A stretch of 64,000 bases of DNA from Cenococcum geophilum (Eukaryota), in assembly GCA_050273025.1 (NCBI GenBank), contig CP158636.1:9672001-9736000 (forward strand), read 5' to 3'. A program made the position numbers and the translations under genes. The first letter of the stretch is position 1; each line of letters opens with the position of its first letter. Under the pieces are notes generated by a model that was not told the origin of the DNA, searched no databases, and saw only the letters and a list, made by a program, of their open reading frames with translations. Positions 39,752 through 53,800 of the stretch are shown piece by piece.

Positions 39752-39938
39752 TGTCACGGCACTAACCTAACACGTTGTTATGACCCAGTGTTGTCATAAC
39801 ACGAGCATAGACCTAACCTCTGAGCGACGTGTATATATACCGCCTCACCTCCTACATAGATCCTCACACGACATCGTTTGTCAATGATATACAGTCACCT
39901 CATACCTTGTACCTTGACAGTCGGCACGTACCATAACA
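39752..39938. mobile_element. 187-bp solo LTR, separate family
   Basis: TGTCACGG..CCATAACA ends, TSD AGTAT. Confidence 0.88.
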
Positions 39939-42900
39939 AGTATATAGACCTTAGAGATATCGCAAAAGAGGTAGAGGATAATTCCACTATAAAATAGGGA
40001 ATATTAGTAGGGATTAAGACCTCACTAGATATGATATTTATTGCTTTATAGGACGTAAGAGAAGTAGGATAATAAACTACTTCGGCATTTAATAAAGGCA
40101 AAAGGCTAAAGGCTTAAGATTCTCAAGACAAGATAAGAGACGCTTAAGATTCTTAAGATAAAATAAGATAAGTTTAAGGACCTATAACGGACGACAACTA
40201 ATAAAGCAGAGTAATGGCTTCGTTTAGTAATATATAAATAAGCTCGGGACGAAGGTTCCTAAAGGCATAAGATTCTTAAAGTAAGATAAGTAAGATTTAA
40301 GACTCTTAAGACGAGATAAGAACACTGCAAAAGCCTAGTTAGACTAAGGTTAGAGTAAAGCTTAAGAAAAAAGCAAGCTTAGAATTAAGAATCCTATAGA
40401 ACTAAGATTTCTAGATATAAATAAGGACTATTAAATAAACTAAGATTAAGAAGTAAGAAGACTTTAAGGATCTACTTATAAGGCAAAAACTAAAAGAAAA
40501 CATAGAGGAGTTTAGATAGAGAATCCTTGCATAGCAAGAATAGAAACTAGATTAAAAAATTAGTACACTAGGTTATATAAAGGACAGAGCACCTATATAA
40601 AGAATTACTAATAAGCCTAGGGCAGGCACGCTAAGAGCTAAGTAGCTTACTAAACTAGAAGATAAAGAGGATCTAAAAATCCTAACTAGATTTAAAGAAT
40701 AATATATAAAGGGCTATTATAATATAGTAATAAGAAGATACTTTCTTACGGACAAGCCGTATATACTCCAGTAACTGTACTAAAAGTAGTATAGGTAACG
40801 ACATAATAATAAGTAAGAATATTTTTATATATAGTTAAACAAACAAGTTATTTAAAACTACCCAATTATAAAGAAGGCTATAACTTATATTAAGGGAGCC
40901 TTAATTATAATATTAAAGGATCTAGAGAAACGGTTAGAGGATTAAAGAAGTAAGAAACGTATCTTAGTACCCATAAATAAGGTTATAACGTTTAGATTAA
41001 TACGGTAAAGGTTTAAACTTAAAGATAAAGATAAGCTAAGAGGTAACCTAGAGTACCTAGCATATTATATACTATTATAGATTATATACGTAGATAATAT
41101 ATACAAAATGCATAAAAATCCGAAAGAGAAGAATTAGAAGTACTCTATAAGAATATATTAGGCGCTAGATAAGCAATAATATAGAAATGCTAAATATATA
41201 TATAGATAGCATCTAGTAGAAGTTTAGGAGTTAGAAGACTTAATACTTTAACTAAAAAGATTTCTTATAGAGGAATACTTAGACGGATAATAGTAGTGGG
41301 AATGCCTAAAAAATATATATCTATAGTATATAGAGGATAAAAAGCGAACTAGGTATTAGCTAAAAAATAAGCTAAGTGCGATAGGATTAAACAGCTAATA
41401 GTTAGGAAAAGTAGAGGCCTATAAAACTAAAGGGAGCTAGTAATAAAGCCTTAGACCCTTAAAGAAATTTAAAAACAACACCTAAATTTATAAGTTAATT
41501 AGTAAGATTAACAGTTTAAAGTACTAATAGATAATAAAGTAATACAGAACTATATCTTATTAGTAGTAGTAAAAAGAATAGAACTACCTTATAGATAGAA
41601 GGAGCAATTTTACCTATTAGTTATAATTTTGGGAGATCTAATAACCTATAGAGGAGGGATTATTAACCTTAAAATAGGACCTATTTAGATAACTATTAAA
41701 GGAAGACGAATTAAGATATCTTTTAATATCCTACTATTAGGATAGGATAAGGCAGTATTAGGTATGCCTTAATTATAGGAATATAATCTAAAGATTAATT
41801 AGATTATAGGCTAGGTTAATATTAGGGATACTTAATAACGTAAAATATAACAGTAAACTAAACTAGTATAGTACCAAGTTAGAGCGATATATAAAGAGAC
41901 TAAGTAAGGCTTAAGTTATGTACTAAAAAGATACTATAAGTATAGCAAGAAGCTATAGAGCCTAGAAAGTAAAAAGCTAGTAAATTATATAGTATAGGAC
42001 TATAAGATAGAGTTAGAACTAGAAATAAGTCTAAGGTTCTTTTTAACCTATAAGCTTACTTAAGAGGAGTTAAGAGCACTTAAAGAGTTTATTTAGGAAA
42101 ACTTATAAAAGGGATATATCAGACTATTATAGTTATTAGTAGGTTATCTAGTATTATTTATACTAAAAAAGAACGGAAAACTTAGGCTATATATTAACTA
42201 TAGGCAGTTAAATAGCATTACTTAAAAGGATAGGTATCCTTTACCCTTAATTAGCGAAATCTAAGATTGGATAGGTAATATGTAAATCTTTATAAAGATA
42301 GATCTAAGATAGGCGTACTATTAGATTAGAATTAAGGAAGGCAATAAATAGAAGGCAACATTTAGATTAAAGGAAGGACTATATAAACTATTAGTAATAC
42401 AGTTCGGATTAATAAATATATTAGTAACGTTTTAGAAACGAATTAATAGTATATTAGAAAAACACCTTAATAAGTTTATTATAGTATACCTTAATAACAT
42501 TATTATCTACTTAATAACTAAGGAAGAATATAGGGAACATATTAAATAGGTCTTAAGGAGACTATAAGAAGAATAAATGCTAGTAGTAATTAAGAAATAT
42601 AAGTTCTTTATACAGAAGACTAATTTTATTAAATTTATTATTAAACTAGGTTATATTAGTATAGACCTAAAGAAGATTAAAGCTATAGTAAGTTAGTAAG
42701 AACTAGAGAACGTAATATAGTTAAGGTTATTTTTAGGGGTTTATAACTACTATAGGAGGTTTATAGTATAATAGTTAAAGAATATTAAACCGTTTACTAG
42801 GCTTATAAAGAAAGAGGAACTATAGGTATAAGGAGATAAGTAAAAGAAGCTGTTCTAGGAACTTAAGGAGTTATTTACCTAAAAGCCAATCCTTAAGATC

Positions 42901-44739
42901 TATTAACTAGGACTGGATATAGTTATAGAAACGGATATATTAGACTTTATACTAGAAGTATATTTACTATAGAAGTATAAGAACGCATAGCATCTAGTAG
43001 TATATTATAGTTAAAAGATAATACTACTAGAGTTAAACTATAACATCTATAATAAGGAGTTATTAGGTATAGTTATAGCACTAAAGAAATAGAGAGCATT
43101 CTTATAAGGTATAAAAAAACTATTTATAGTTAAAATAGATTATAAGAACTTAATAGGGTTCCTAATAATAAAAGAACTTAATTATAAATAAGTTGGATAG
43201 GTAGAGATGCTTATAGAATACTATTTTAAAATTTAGTATACTAAGGGAACTAAGAATATAAGAGTAGACGTACTTAGCAGAAAGGCTAAACTATAAAATA
43301 ATAAGAAACTATTAGGAGTAATGCTATATAGAGATAAGGATGGATTAATTAAATACAATTACCCTAAGATAGCAGCAACTTAAGAGGATAGAGAACTAAA
43401 AAAAGTCTATAAAATACTAGAGAGCTTTTAGGTATAAAGAATTCTAAAAGCATAGCTAGAAGATCTATAGATAGATATATACAAAAATTAAAAAGCAAAG
43501 TATATCCTAAAAAGTATAGCAGAGTATTTTATAAAAGACTTCTGTAAGGGAATAACTTAAGGATATAATAGAGCAATAGGCTTAGTATTAAGACTTTAGA
43601 AAGAATACATTATTAACGGAATCTAGGGCATAGCTAAAAAAGTAATAAAAGAGTATCTAGATTACTAAGGAATAAACTAATAAGGTATAAGCTATACAGA
43701 GGGCTATAACTTATTAAAATACTAGAGAGACTATAGGAGGTTATATTATAGAACTTTATTATTAAGTTGCTAAAGTTAAGAAACCCTATTACTAGACAAA
43801 AGTATAATATAATCCTAGTAATAGTAAATAAGTTAACTAAATAGGGCTACTTTATAGCATATATAGAAGAAATCTCAGCGGAAGATATCGCTAAAATCTA
43901 TATTAAAGAAGTATTTATAAGATATAGAGCACTAAGTAATATTCTAGGAGGTATTCTTAGCGGAATGAGGAGTTAAATTAGTAACTTCTACTATATATTA
44001 TCCGCAGACGGACGGACAAATAGAAAGATTAAATTAGACGCTAAAACAGTATTTAAGACATTATATTAATTATACGCAGAATAATTAGGTATTGTTATTA
44101 CCAGTTATATAGTTTATATATAATATAATACCATAAAAGGGAATAGATATATTACTATTTAAGGCAAATTACAAATATAAACTAAGAATATCATTATTAC
44201 TATAATAAGTAAAAAAAATAAGTAGCACAGCTAAAGAAAGAATAAAGATATTAATAAATCTTTATATAAACCTTATGGAATTAGTAAAAAAGGTATAAGA
44301 AAAAATAAAAAAGTACTATAACGCTAAGAGATCTAAGGGACTAGATCTTAAAGAGGGGGATAAAGTATAGCTACTATACAAAAATTTTAAGAGTTGACGA
44401 CTAAGTAAGAAATTAGATAATATTAGACTAGGACCTTTTAAAATTATATAAAGGATTTCACCAGTTATATTTAAGTTAAACCTACTAAATAAGATAAAGA
44501 TCTACCCTATATAGTATATTATAATACTAAAGCTAATATATAGGAATATTAAGCCACTAATTTATAAAGTAGATACGTATAGAGGATAAAAAGAAGATAA
44601 ATAGTAAGTTTTAAAGATCGTTAGTTATAAGGACATTAATAATAAAATATAGTATAAGGTTAAGTAAATAGGCTATAATAAGACTACCTAGGAACTACTA
44701 TAGAACTTAAAAAATGCTATAGGAAAGGTATAGGAGTAT

Positions 44740-45400
44740 TAAAAGAAAACGGGTTAGGTAATATTAAAAAGGAGTTAAAGATAAAAAGATTTGTTAAGGC
44801 GATAGAAGAGCTAGATTATTTAAGGGATCCACTACTAGCGTATAAACTATTTCCGCCTCTTCTTAATTAAAATCCTTTTTAGCCTCTTTAGCCTTAAGCT
44901 TATAGAGACCTTACTTAACTAAGCGGTACTCTTTAGAGCGCACCTTTTTATAACCCTTTTTAAGACGGACTAACTAAGTAAATATAGTCTAATAAAGCTT
45001 AAACGCATAACACTAGGCTTCTAGGAGATAAGTAGACTCTTTAAAGGAATAATAAAGTTTATTACGAGCCGTAATAAGAGAGGCCTTAAGCTTCTTAGCG
45101 TCGGATTAAATACGGGACCCTGTAGTAGATTAAATAAGGAAGTTAGAGACTTTAAAGATTAATAAGGCGCGTATACTTAGCGTTAAATATAAATTAAATA
45201 TCGCAGGACAACCTTATATTTAACTTTGTATACTTAGTATAGGAAAAAGGTTAGCAACCGGACGGAGCCGCAATTATAACGTATACTAACTTCTTCTCCA
45301 CGCAACAAGAGTAAGAAGGCATAACTTTACTAAGAGATAGGATTTTAAGCACTATACAGTTACAACGATCTATAAAAGAGGAAAAAGTTGCCTTAGGCAT
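44740..45400 (-). pseudogene. Antisense accessory gene of B1: Cys-cluster plus coiled-coil protein
   Basis: MPKATFSSFIDRCNCIVLKILSLSKVMPSYSCCVEKKLVYVIIAAPSGC*PFSYTKYTKLNIRLSCDI, probable intron, then a helical charged region; homologous ORF in B2. Confidence 0.65.
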
Positions 45401-45594
45401 AATAAGTAATAATAAAGGTCATTAAATTAAAGATAGGAATGCTGTACCTTTAATAGACGACTTAGAGATATAAGATATCTTTAAGGACGAAGATAAAGAG
45501 GAAGGGGATAGTATTATAGACTTTATATTAGCAGCAGTAGCACTATTAAGGAGAGATATAAACGGACTAGTAGTGGAAGTACGGGAGGTACTAG

Positions 45595-45838
45595 TGTGGT
45601 GGTGGACACGGTCCCTCTTAGATAGGAAGTCACAATGCTGTCTGTCTGTCTGTCGGTCGGTCGGTCGGTCGGTCGGTCGGTCGTCAGTCGTAATCAATTA
45701 GTAGGAAAGCAGTCAGTAAGAAAAAGGAAAGAATGTCTTCCCCGTAGGTCGTGATAGAGAGAAGGAGAGAAGCCGAAGACTCAATATATACAGGAAAATG
45801 CCAAGGCACTAAGTAGTGGCCCATTTTACCCCACCATA
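45595..45838. mobile_element. 244-bp solo LTR with (TCTG)n(TCGG)n tract, inserted in the B1 3' LTR
   Basis: TGTGGTGG..CCACCATA(CA) ends; flanks CTAG/CTGG; absent from the B1 5' LTR. Confidence 0.8.
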
Positions 45839-47115
45839 CTGGAACTAGTTAAGCTATAGGATAAGGGGTAGCTAAGTTATATAATAAGTCACAAGAGGAG
45901 ATTTATTAATTTATAAGATTTATAGGATCCGCTTACGTACCTTACGTACCTTACGTACTTAAGTATTTCTTAGGCGCAGTATTATGTATTTAAAGGACTA
46001 CAGTCCCTACCTAGATAGTTCTCTTTCCTTATAGTAAATCTTAGAATACAATTAGAGTTAATCTATTAGGCAACCACTCTACTAGTTATTATTACGTTAT
46101 TAACTTCTTGTTTACCTATATACCCAGCCTATTAATAAGTTTACCGTAGTTCCTACTACAAGGCTTCGTTACACCCCCTTAACCAGCATATTAATATATT
46201 TAGATTTAATAGTAAATACACGGCTTTAGGCTAAATTATCTATATAATATACCTAAGACTCTAATATCTAAACTACAAAGTACTAATTAGGCTTTTTATT
46301 ACTACTTTAGGTTACCTAGTAATTCTTAAATAACCCTAGATAAAGCTATATAAAGTAACTATTAATTAAAATAACCTTAAGCTTCTATTTACCACCCCCT
46401 CTTATAAATAAAAGTGCTTTATAACTTACTACTTAAACTCTAAACTAAAATTTAAAAAGTTTACCAAGATTTACTAGTTTAAAATTTCTATAACTATCTA
46501 CCCCATACCTAAGAAATTTACTTAATTCTACTAACCTAGAAATTTCACCGAATTCTACTATTATAAGACTTCCGCTAACGTCTACTAGGGACTTAAAAAT
46601 TATACTAAACTATATAAACTAATCCTAACTACTATACCGCCCTAAACTAAGTAGAAGCTTAAGCTTAATATATAAAAGTACTAGAAGAACTAGTATTTTG
46701 CTATAAAGAGGATATTTAAAGAACGTAAACCTAAATCTAATGCTAAACTTAAAGCTAAATAAGAAATTATATAAGAAACTATAGACGACCTAAGTAAGCT
46801 TAATACCTTAAATATCTATATAATTAAAGCTATACCGCTAGCTTAACTTGCTAAGAGACCTAAATATATAATCTTTACTATTATAATAGCCAATATTAAG
46901 AAATCCTTAGTACTAAAGAAATATACTAACCCTACTATAAAGGTACTAGTAGAGTATTATAAACGCGTAGATATATTCTTATAAAAGAAAGCCAATAAGC
47001 CACTAGAATACTAATTATATAACTATAAAAATTATACTTAAAGAAGAAAAGTAGCCTAGATTTAGACCCCTATATAAGATATCCTAAAATAAACTTTAAG
47101 TGCTATAAAAGTATC

Positions 47116-47281
47116 TATTGGGAGGGGGGGTACTTAGGCAGTCTCTTTAAGCTTAGCGACGTGTCACGTGACAGAGCGCGGGCCATCGTGTAGATACCTT
47201 CTTGGGGCCCTTAAGCCCCTAAGATTCTTCCTTATAGAGTATTATATATATTATTTCTATTAGCCTACTTAGCATTTAATA
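47116..47281. mobile_element. 166-bp solo LTR (TGTTG..CAACA type after RIP reversal)
   Basis: TSD GTATC; interrupts E2 pol relative to E1; contains palindrome TGTCACGTGACA. Confidence 0.85.
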
Positions 47282-47814
47282 GTATCTAGCCGAGAACCTA
47301 AGTAAAGGATTTATTAGAGCAAGCTCTTTGCCCGTAGCTATATTAGTAATCTTTATTAAAAAACCTAATAGCGGTTTACGCTTCTATATAGACTACTAAG
47401 CCCTTAATACCGTTACTATTAAAAACTAATATCTAATCCTATTAATATAAGAGATACTAAACTAAGTAAGGCCTGCTATTATATAAAGCTTAATATAATC
47501 TCTATATTTGTAACGGAGCCTTATAGTAAGAACTATAGTAGACTTACTAATGGGCTAGGTATATAGGTAATGTAAGAAGTTAACAACGTAATAATAACTA
47601 GTGGAGTGGTTGCCTAATAGATTAACTCTAATTATATTCTAAGAATTACTATAAGGAAGGAACTATCTAGGTAGGGACTAAGGGTCCTTAAATACACAAC
47701 TATACTCCTATAAAATCCTTCTTATATATAAGGTACGTAAGGCATATAAAGTATATAAGACGTTTTTTATAGATCTTATAAAGCTTATAGAGCTTATTAT
47801 ATAACCTTAGTTAC

Positions 47815-50800
47815 TATTTATATCAATTTAAATATACAAGTGAGTTATATCCAGGGGCACGAAATATGTATAGTATCGTATACTCTTTTAGATGGTGGTG
47901 ACTGTTAATTCTATTGAGGTAGACTACGTGGTCTATATACTAACGCGCCTCCCCCCTAATTAGTCAGCACATAAGTGGTTAGTGCACTAAATGTATAAGT
48001 ACGCGTTTGGTATAACAGGTGCTGTAATTATATACTAGCGGTACTTAAAGATAGACCCACTTGTATATAACCTCCGTAATTACTTTTAATAGAACCGTAA
48101 AATATAAAAGAAATACTTAGGAAATCCCTCCCAAGGTACCTTCTAGGCTGCCTTCTAAACGGTGCTCTAAGCTGGCCGTAAGTCCTACTTACGGCCCGTA
48201 AAATAAACCGTATGGCCTTCCGACGGACTATAAATGAACCGTAAATGCTCCGCTAGTTATGTTCCACCCATTCTATAACCTTTAGGTTGAGCTTATTTAT
48301 GTTAATTAGGGTTTTTAGAGTTTAATACGGCTTTACCTTAGTTATAGCGTCCGCCGGGTTGTCTCCGCTACTAATTCATTTGACCTCCGTAATCTCACGT
48401 CGTTCGTAGGCCTAACGTAAGCACATTAGGTCAACTATAAGCCTCTTCTCTTATATCGTACCTAGTTTAACTATACAGTCGTAGAGGGACTTTAAATTAG
48501 TGTATAGAACTAGGGGTAATTGCTCCAATTATAGGATCTTCTAGATTATTAACTTAATTGCGGCTCCTATATTAAAGCTATAAGCTAGTGCGTATAGCTT
48601 AGAAGCTAGTATGCTACGGGTTACTCATTTACACTTAATTGAAGACTAATGTAGTATATTTACGTCCTAATTACGGTCCGTAAGTACAATTACGAAGCCG
48701 ATTTGCGATAATAAGTCCCTATTATTAGCGAAGGAGGCGTCCGTAAATACTAGTACGCTAAGGGAATTTAGGTCTAGTGGTACAAAAGTAAGTCCTCTTA
48801 TTATATTATTAATTTGCTACTAAATACGCTTATTAAGCTGCTTAATATTTTCCTCTTACAGATCTGTTACCTAGGCCGTAAAGGATAAATCGTAGGCAGA
48901 TTTGGGTTAATAGACTGTGGCAATATAGGCACCTCTTGCACGCTGTATAACGTATTAGTCTTTTATATTTACGGTCTTACGGGTTTCTCTACGGGAACTA
49001 GTAAGGTCCGTAGGCTTTGCTATAATAAGCCTTAGGTTTTAAGCTTGGCGTTCCTAAGTTAGCTAGATTAGGTTGCCCTTTTATATAATTAAGCCTCTAT
49101 TAAACTTAATTGGAGTTTACTTAGTTAACTACTCTTACAGCTTTACCAAGAACTTTACCTCTTATAGTTTAGTTTCTTTAGCGTCCGCAAAAGTTCGGTC
49201 CGCTAAAAAGAGGGCATCGTTTATTTAGAGTCCGATAATACTAAGGCCGTTTAATAGGGTGTATAGGAGGTAGGGGTCGTAGGTCAACTGTTCTATTTTA
49301 AGTTTACTAACGTAATGCTAGTAATACGTTTTAAACTAGTGGTTTTTAGCTTCCGGCACTCTATAAAGGGGTTTTATAACCTATAAAATTGTTCCTAGTT
49401 CTAAGTTAAGCTTAAGGGGTAGTTATATAAAGATGTCCCTACTTAGGTAGGTATTAGACTGCATATAGGCCTATGAGATATCCCATAAGTAAAGGGCTAC
49501 GGGTTTAGTTTGCTATAGCCCTAGCGTAAGTGCAAGTATAATCCATTAGCTAACTCGTTAAATTATAGGCGATTATATAAGAACTAAGTTCTTTCCTTAG
49601 TTATTATAGGCTTATACAACAAGCCTTAACTTTTTAAAAGCTTTATTAGTACTAGGGTGCTTAATTTCGTTAATAAAGCGTAAGTTAAATATACGGACGC
49701 CTTGCGGGACGTCTTTCTCTATTATAACCGCAAAGACGCCCTTTTTAAGTAGTTTATTAATCTCTTTGCGTTATAAGTCCATAAAAGGGGTTTCCTATAC
49801 TAGAACTGATATATCCGCAGGCGGAGATTGCCTTACGGATATTCCTGCGGAGGTTAGGTAATTCTTTATCATAGGGTTCTCAGTTATGGGGTACTTTTGG
49901 GGGCGTCCTCGACCACGCTTTACGGCAGGTTTAGTAGGTTTAGTGAGTTCCTAGGGGACTTCTAAAGTAGGCAGGGGTGCTTCCGGTTTGTCTAGTTCGG
50001 CAGGTGCTTCTAGTTCGTCTAGTTTGGCGTTATAGGTGTTTTTAGACCGAAAGTAGGGTTTTACGGACGTGCTTCTAAAGCTAGTTAGTCCGCTAGGAAG
50101 TTATACGCGATACGTTTCGTCTTTTATAGCTAGTAAACAATAAGGTCCAGTCTAATTGCCGCTCTTACGCCATATAAGGACTTTAGAATTAAGCGGGAGG
50201 TTATAAACTAAGGTTGTGTTAGGTCCGTTGCGGTAATATAGGGCGCTATTAACAGCTTGTTTGGCCCGTAATTTAACTATTTCGGCCATTGCCTTCCATA
50301 TTATAGCTGCTTATTCCGTAATAGACGGGGCCGGAGGGCCTAGGTTGCTTATCCTTAGGTAGGCTCCGTAAACTAAGAGGGTAGGTACTAGTCCATTAGG
50401 GCTAGCGGTGTTGTTAATAGCTTTTACGGCTATCTATAAAGCTAGTTCCTTTTAGATGTCCTTACACTCGTCTATAATAATCTAATAAGCTCTCTATAAA
50501 GCTAAGTAAGCTCGCTTAATAAGTCTAACGGACTAGTACGCCTTAACTGGAACGGCTTTTGTTAAAATAGCCATGGCCATAGCGTACTGTTAAAATTCCT
50601 TACTAATAAAGTTCCTACCGGCATCGTGGGTAATATACTTAGGGGGTCTAACGTATGTATTAATTCAGTAGGTCCGTAAAATATCCTAAGTATATTTTGT
50701 GGATATATTTTATAACTAACAGGCGGCTTAATAGCGGGTTACCTCGTCAATTATATATAATACTAGGCTGCCGTTAATATATATAATGTCTATATATACT

Positions 50801-53800
50801 AAGTGGTTAAAGTTAAGATCCTTATAAAGGGTAAACTTAAATTGGCCTAGGGAACGTTTATATTTCTAGCAGAAGGAACAGTATTTCGTTAGGTAGTTGA
50901 TTGCCTTCTTATTAACGTTGTCGTATCTAGAGCGTTTAAGGACTCTATATAGCTTTTTAGCTAATAGGTAGCCAAAACGGCAATATAGGCGGTGGATTTT
51001 AGTACTGGTAAGGTAGTATAGGTTATAGTTAAAAGATTCTTAAATATAGGTCTGTAAAGTCTCTCCCTATATAAGGAACGGGTGTCCGAATCGTTGTGTA
51101 ATTGGTAGGGTAATATGCTTACTTCCTAGGGCAGTTATAGGGCCAATTAGGGTATCTGTAATATTGTTATAATAAACCTATAACCTGTTTATATCCGCAA
51201 GGCAGAGTAGGAAAGGGGTATCCGCTTTTACTATATAGAAGTTAACTAGGCTAATTGGGGTCTTAACTATAACTGATCTAATTGATGCGGTTAAGCTGAT
51301 ACCGAATTGGACGTTTATGGCCCCAGTTTATATAGTATTAATGTCCGTATTATTATTTATGGTGGTCTTATATATAAGGTATTGTCCATAACCTATAGTA
51401 GACTTCTTAGAGGCACCTATATCAATTATAACGCCATAGAATTCTTTAGCGGTATAGCGTTCTATGGTGATATATGCAAATAGGTCCTATTCGCGGTCCG
51501 TAACGTCTATAATAGGTCTAGTAGGTATGCTTATAGGTTGGTTTTTAGGTGCAATTAAGTGTATAAAGGAGCGGTCGGCTAATACGGTCGTAATATTAAA
51601 GGCTTAGCCGTCCGTAAAAGGTCCGAAAGTAGTTAGAAATGTCTCTAAGGTCTTCTATTCCTAAGTGTCTAAATTAAAGTCGATTATAAGGGCTTCTATT
51701 AACTTATTAGGAGGCTTCTCTTCTTTCTCTCCTTTATATTCCAAAATAAACTGGTTAATCCAGCTATTAAGTCTCTTCTTAGACTTATTATATTCTTCCT
51801 AGGTATGCCTTATAGACCAATATCCTTTTTTGCCGTATACGAAGCACTTCTAGCTAGTTTATCTATGGGGGTATATTTTCGTATAGGAGTTACTACGGGG
51901 GTTATGGGTGGGACTTAGTCGGTGCGGGTACTGCTAGCGGTAGCAGCGGTCCGTAAAGTAGGTGTCTGAGTTAGTTTACGGGTTTTATAGGTCCGTAATG
52001 AAGGCTTAAGTACTACCTAGCGGGTTTAAGGCTTCGTATGTTGTAATGGAGGACCGTAAATCGTTAATAAGGCCAGCTATAGTGTCTACGGGCTTATAAC
52101 AGGCGTATTTACAGGGTTCTATTTCCTGGCAAGCCGTAATAAGTTTATTATGCAGAAAGTTGTCCGTTTAAAGCTTAATATTAAAACCGTACTATAGGTG
52201 GCGGAGGTCTTTAATAAGGATTTGCAGGCACTCTATAGTCGATTTTTTAGTGTTCTTGTCTATTACGGTTCGTAACTTAGTTGCATTCCATTAGGTAAGG
52301 ATATTACGCTTATATTCCGGTCCTTTAAAGTAGTTATATATAGCTTTGTATAGCTTATTAAAGGGAACACTAAGGGGGTTACTCTTAAGGTTAGTGTAGT
52401 AGTGGTCAAGTACTAGGCCGCGCAGTATGGTAGAGTAGGCTTAGCTAAACTCCTATTTAGGAATATCGGCCTTCTAATAGAGGCCTGTAAAGATAGTCAG
52501 TTTAAAGTTAAAGTTGTTATTTTCACCGCTATACTTAGATTTGTCGGTATAGAGCTTAGCCAGGTTAGCTAGCTCCTTGCTATAGGTCTTTACTTAGGTG
52601 GTTTACGGATCTGTAACTTAAACGGAAGGGTTTTAGTCCGTATTTTGGTTTACAGGGGTATTATAGTCTGTAATTTGGGTTACGGGGGTATTACAGTCCA
52701 TAACTTAAGTACTAGGTGTACTTTGGCCTATAAGATTAATTCCAAAACTGCTTAAGTTTATAGGACGAATTTAGTTAAGTGGGTTAGGTATAAGGCTAGC
52801 GATCCTATTAAGTTTAGAAGAAGTAAAGAGTTCTTTAGTGGCTTTAACCTAGTCTAGGATTTCCTCTTTAGTCCATTCTATTTAGTCTTCTTTGTATAGT
52901 GTATTATATAAAGACCATGCAATAGTAACTTGTTTCTCCTTCTTAACCCATACACCTTAGTAATATAAGAGGGTCCGTAGGTTGTAGGTGGCTATAAGGT
53001 TATAAGCCTTAAAGATAGCTTCAATAAAGTCCGTAAAGTCTTCCTTGTATTATTCCTATAGATCGTTATTTAAGAGCTTAAAGTGCCCGTATTTAAGGAT
53101 TTTGAAATTAATATAGTCGTTAACGCTGTCCGTAGACGTGAGGTTAACTTCCTAACTCCACTTCCTTTAACCTTTGTTAATTTGCTTACTGATATCTGCC
53201 ATACTATATAGTGTAGTATAGTACGTAGCGGGTGGAAGAGGTCTTGTAGTGGTCCGTAAAGGCAATTAACGGGTCCGTGGTGGTTTATAGAGGGTAGGGG
53301 GTTTCCGTAAGGTCTTATAACGGTCCGTAAAGGTAATTGGTAGGTCCGTAATGGTTTATAGGAGGGTAAGAGGTTCCGTAAAGGTCTGTATTCGCGTTTA
53401 TAAACTTCCGGTAAACCGTACTAAGACTTAAATAAGTATATAGAATTAGTGATAAGTTCGTAATCCCTAACTTCCGACCTTTCAGTAGATCGTACTAGGA
53501 TTTAAACGGGTGGTCGCTGTCGTATATCGCTTAAGGGGAGGTATTAAGTGATTGCTAATCTGTGCGCGCTTACTAATTAGTGTTTGTATTAATTTAATAA
53601 TATAAGTAAGTTATATCCAGGGGCACGAAATATATATAGTATCGTATGCTCTTTTAGATAGTAGTGACTGTCGATTCTATTGAGGTAGACTACGTAGTCT
53701 ATATACTAACGCGCCTCCCCCCTAATTAGTTAGCATATAAGTAGTTAGTGCACCAAACGCGTAAGTACGCGTTTGGTATAACAGGTGCTGTAATTATACA
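47815..53800 (-). mobile_element. Ty1/copia family D, copy D2, structurally complete (LTRs 47,815-48,034 and 53,581-53,800)
   Basis: 220-bp LTR pair, TSD GTTAC/ATTAC, gag ATG 53,202, colinear with D1. Confidence 0.93.

Larger units (their letters stand above)
37944..46173 (+). mobile_element. Ty3/gypsy family B, copy B1 (LTRs 37,944-38,357 and 45,512-46,173)
   Basis: TSD CCCCC; gag (GEKLKLKGFLT), RT YLNNIIIY ~42,490, integrase HPQTDGQ-like ~44,000, chromodomain, PPT AGAGGAAGGGGATAG. Confidence 0.93.

Noticed and set aside
45422..45697. 91-aa ORF with TDRP/TDRQ repeats
   Set aside because: Crosses a solo-LTR microsatellite and LTR junctions; chance frame.
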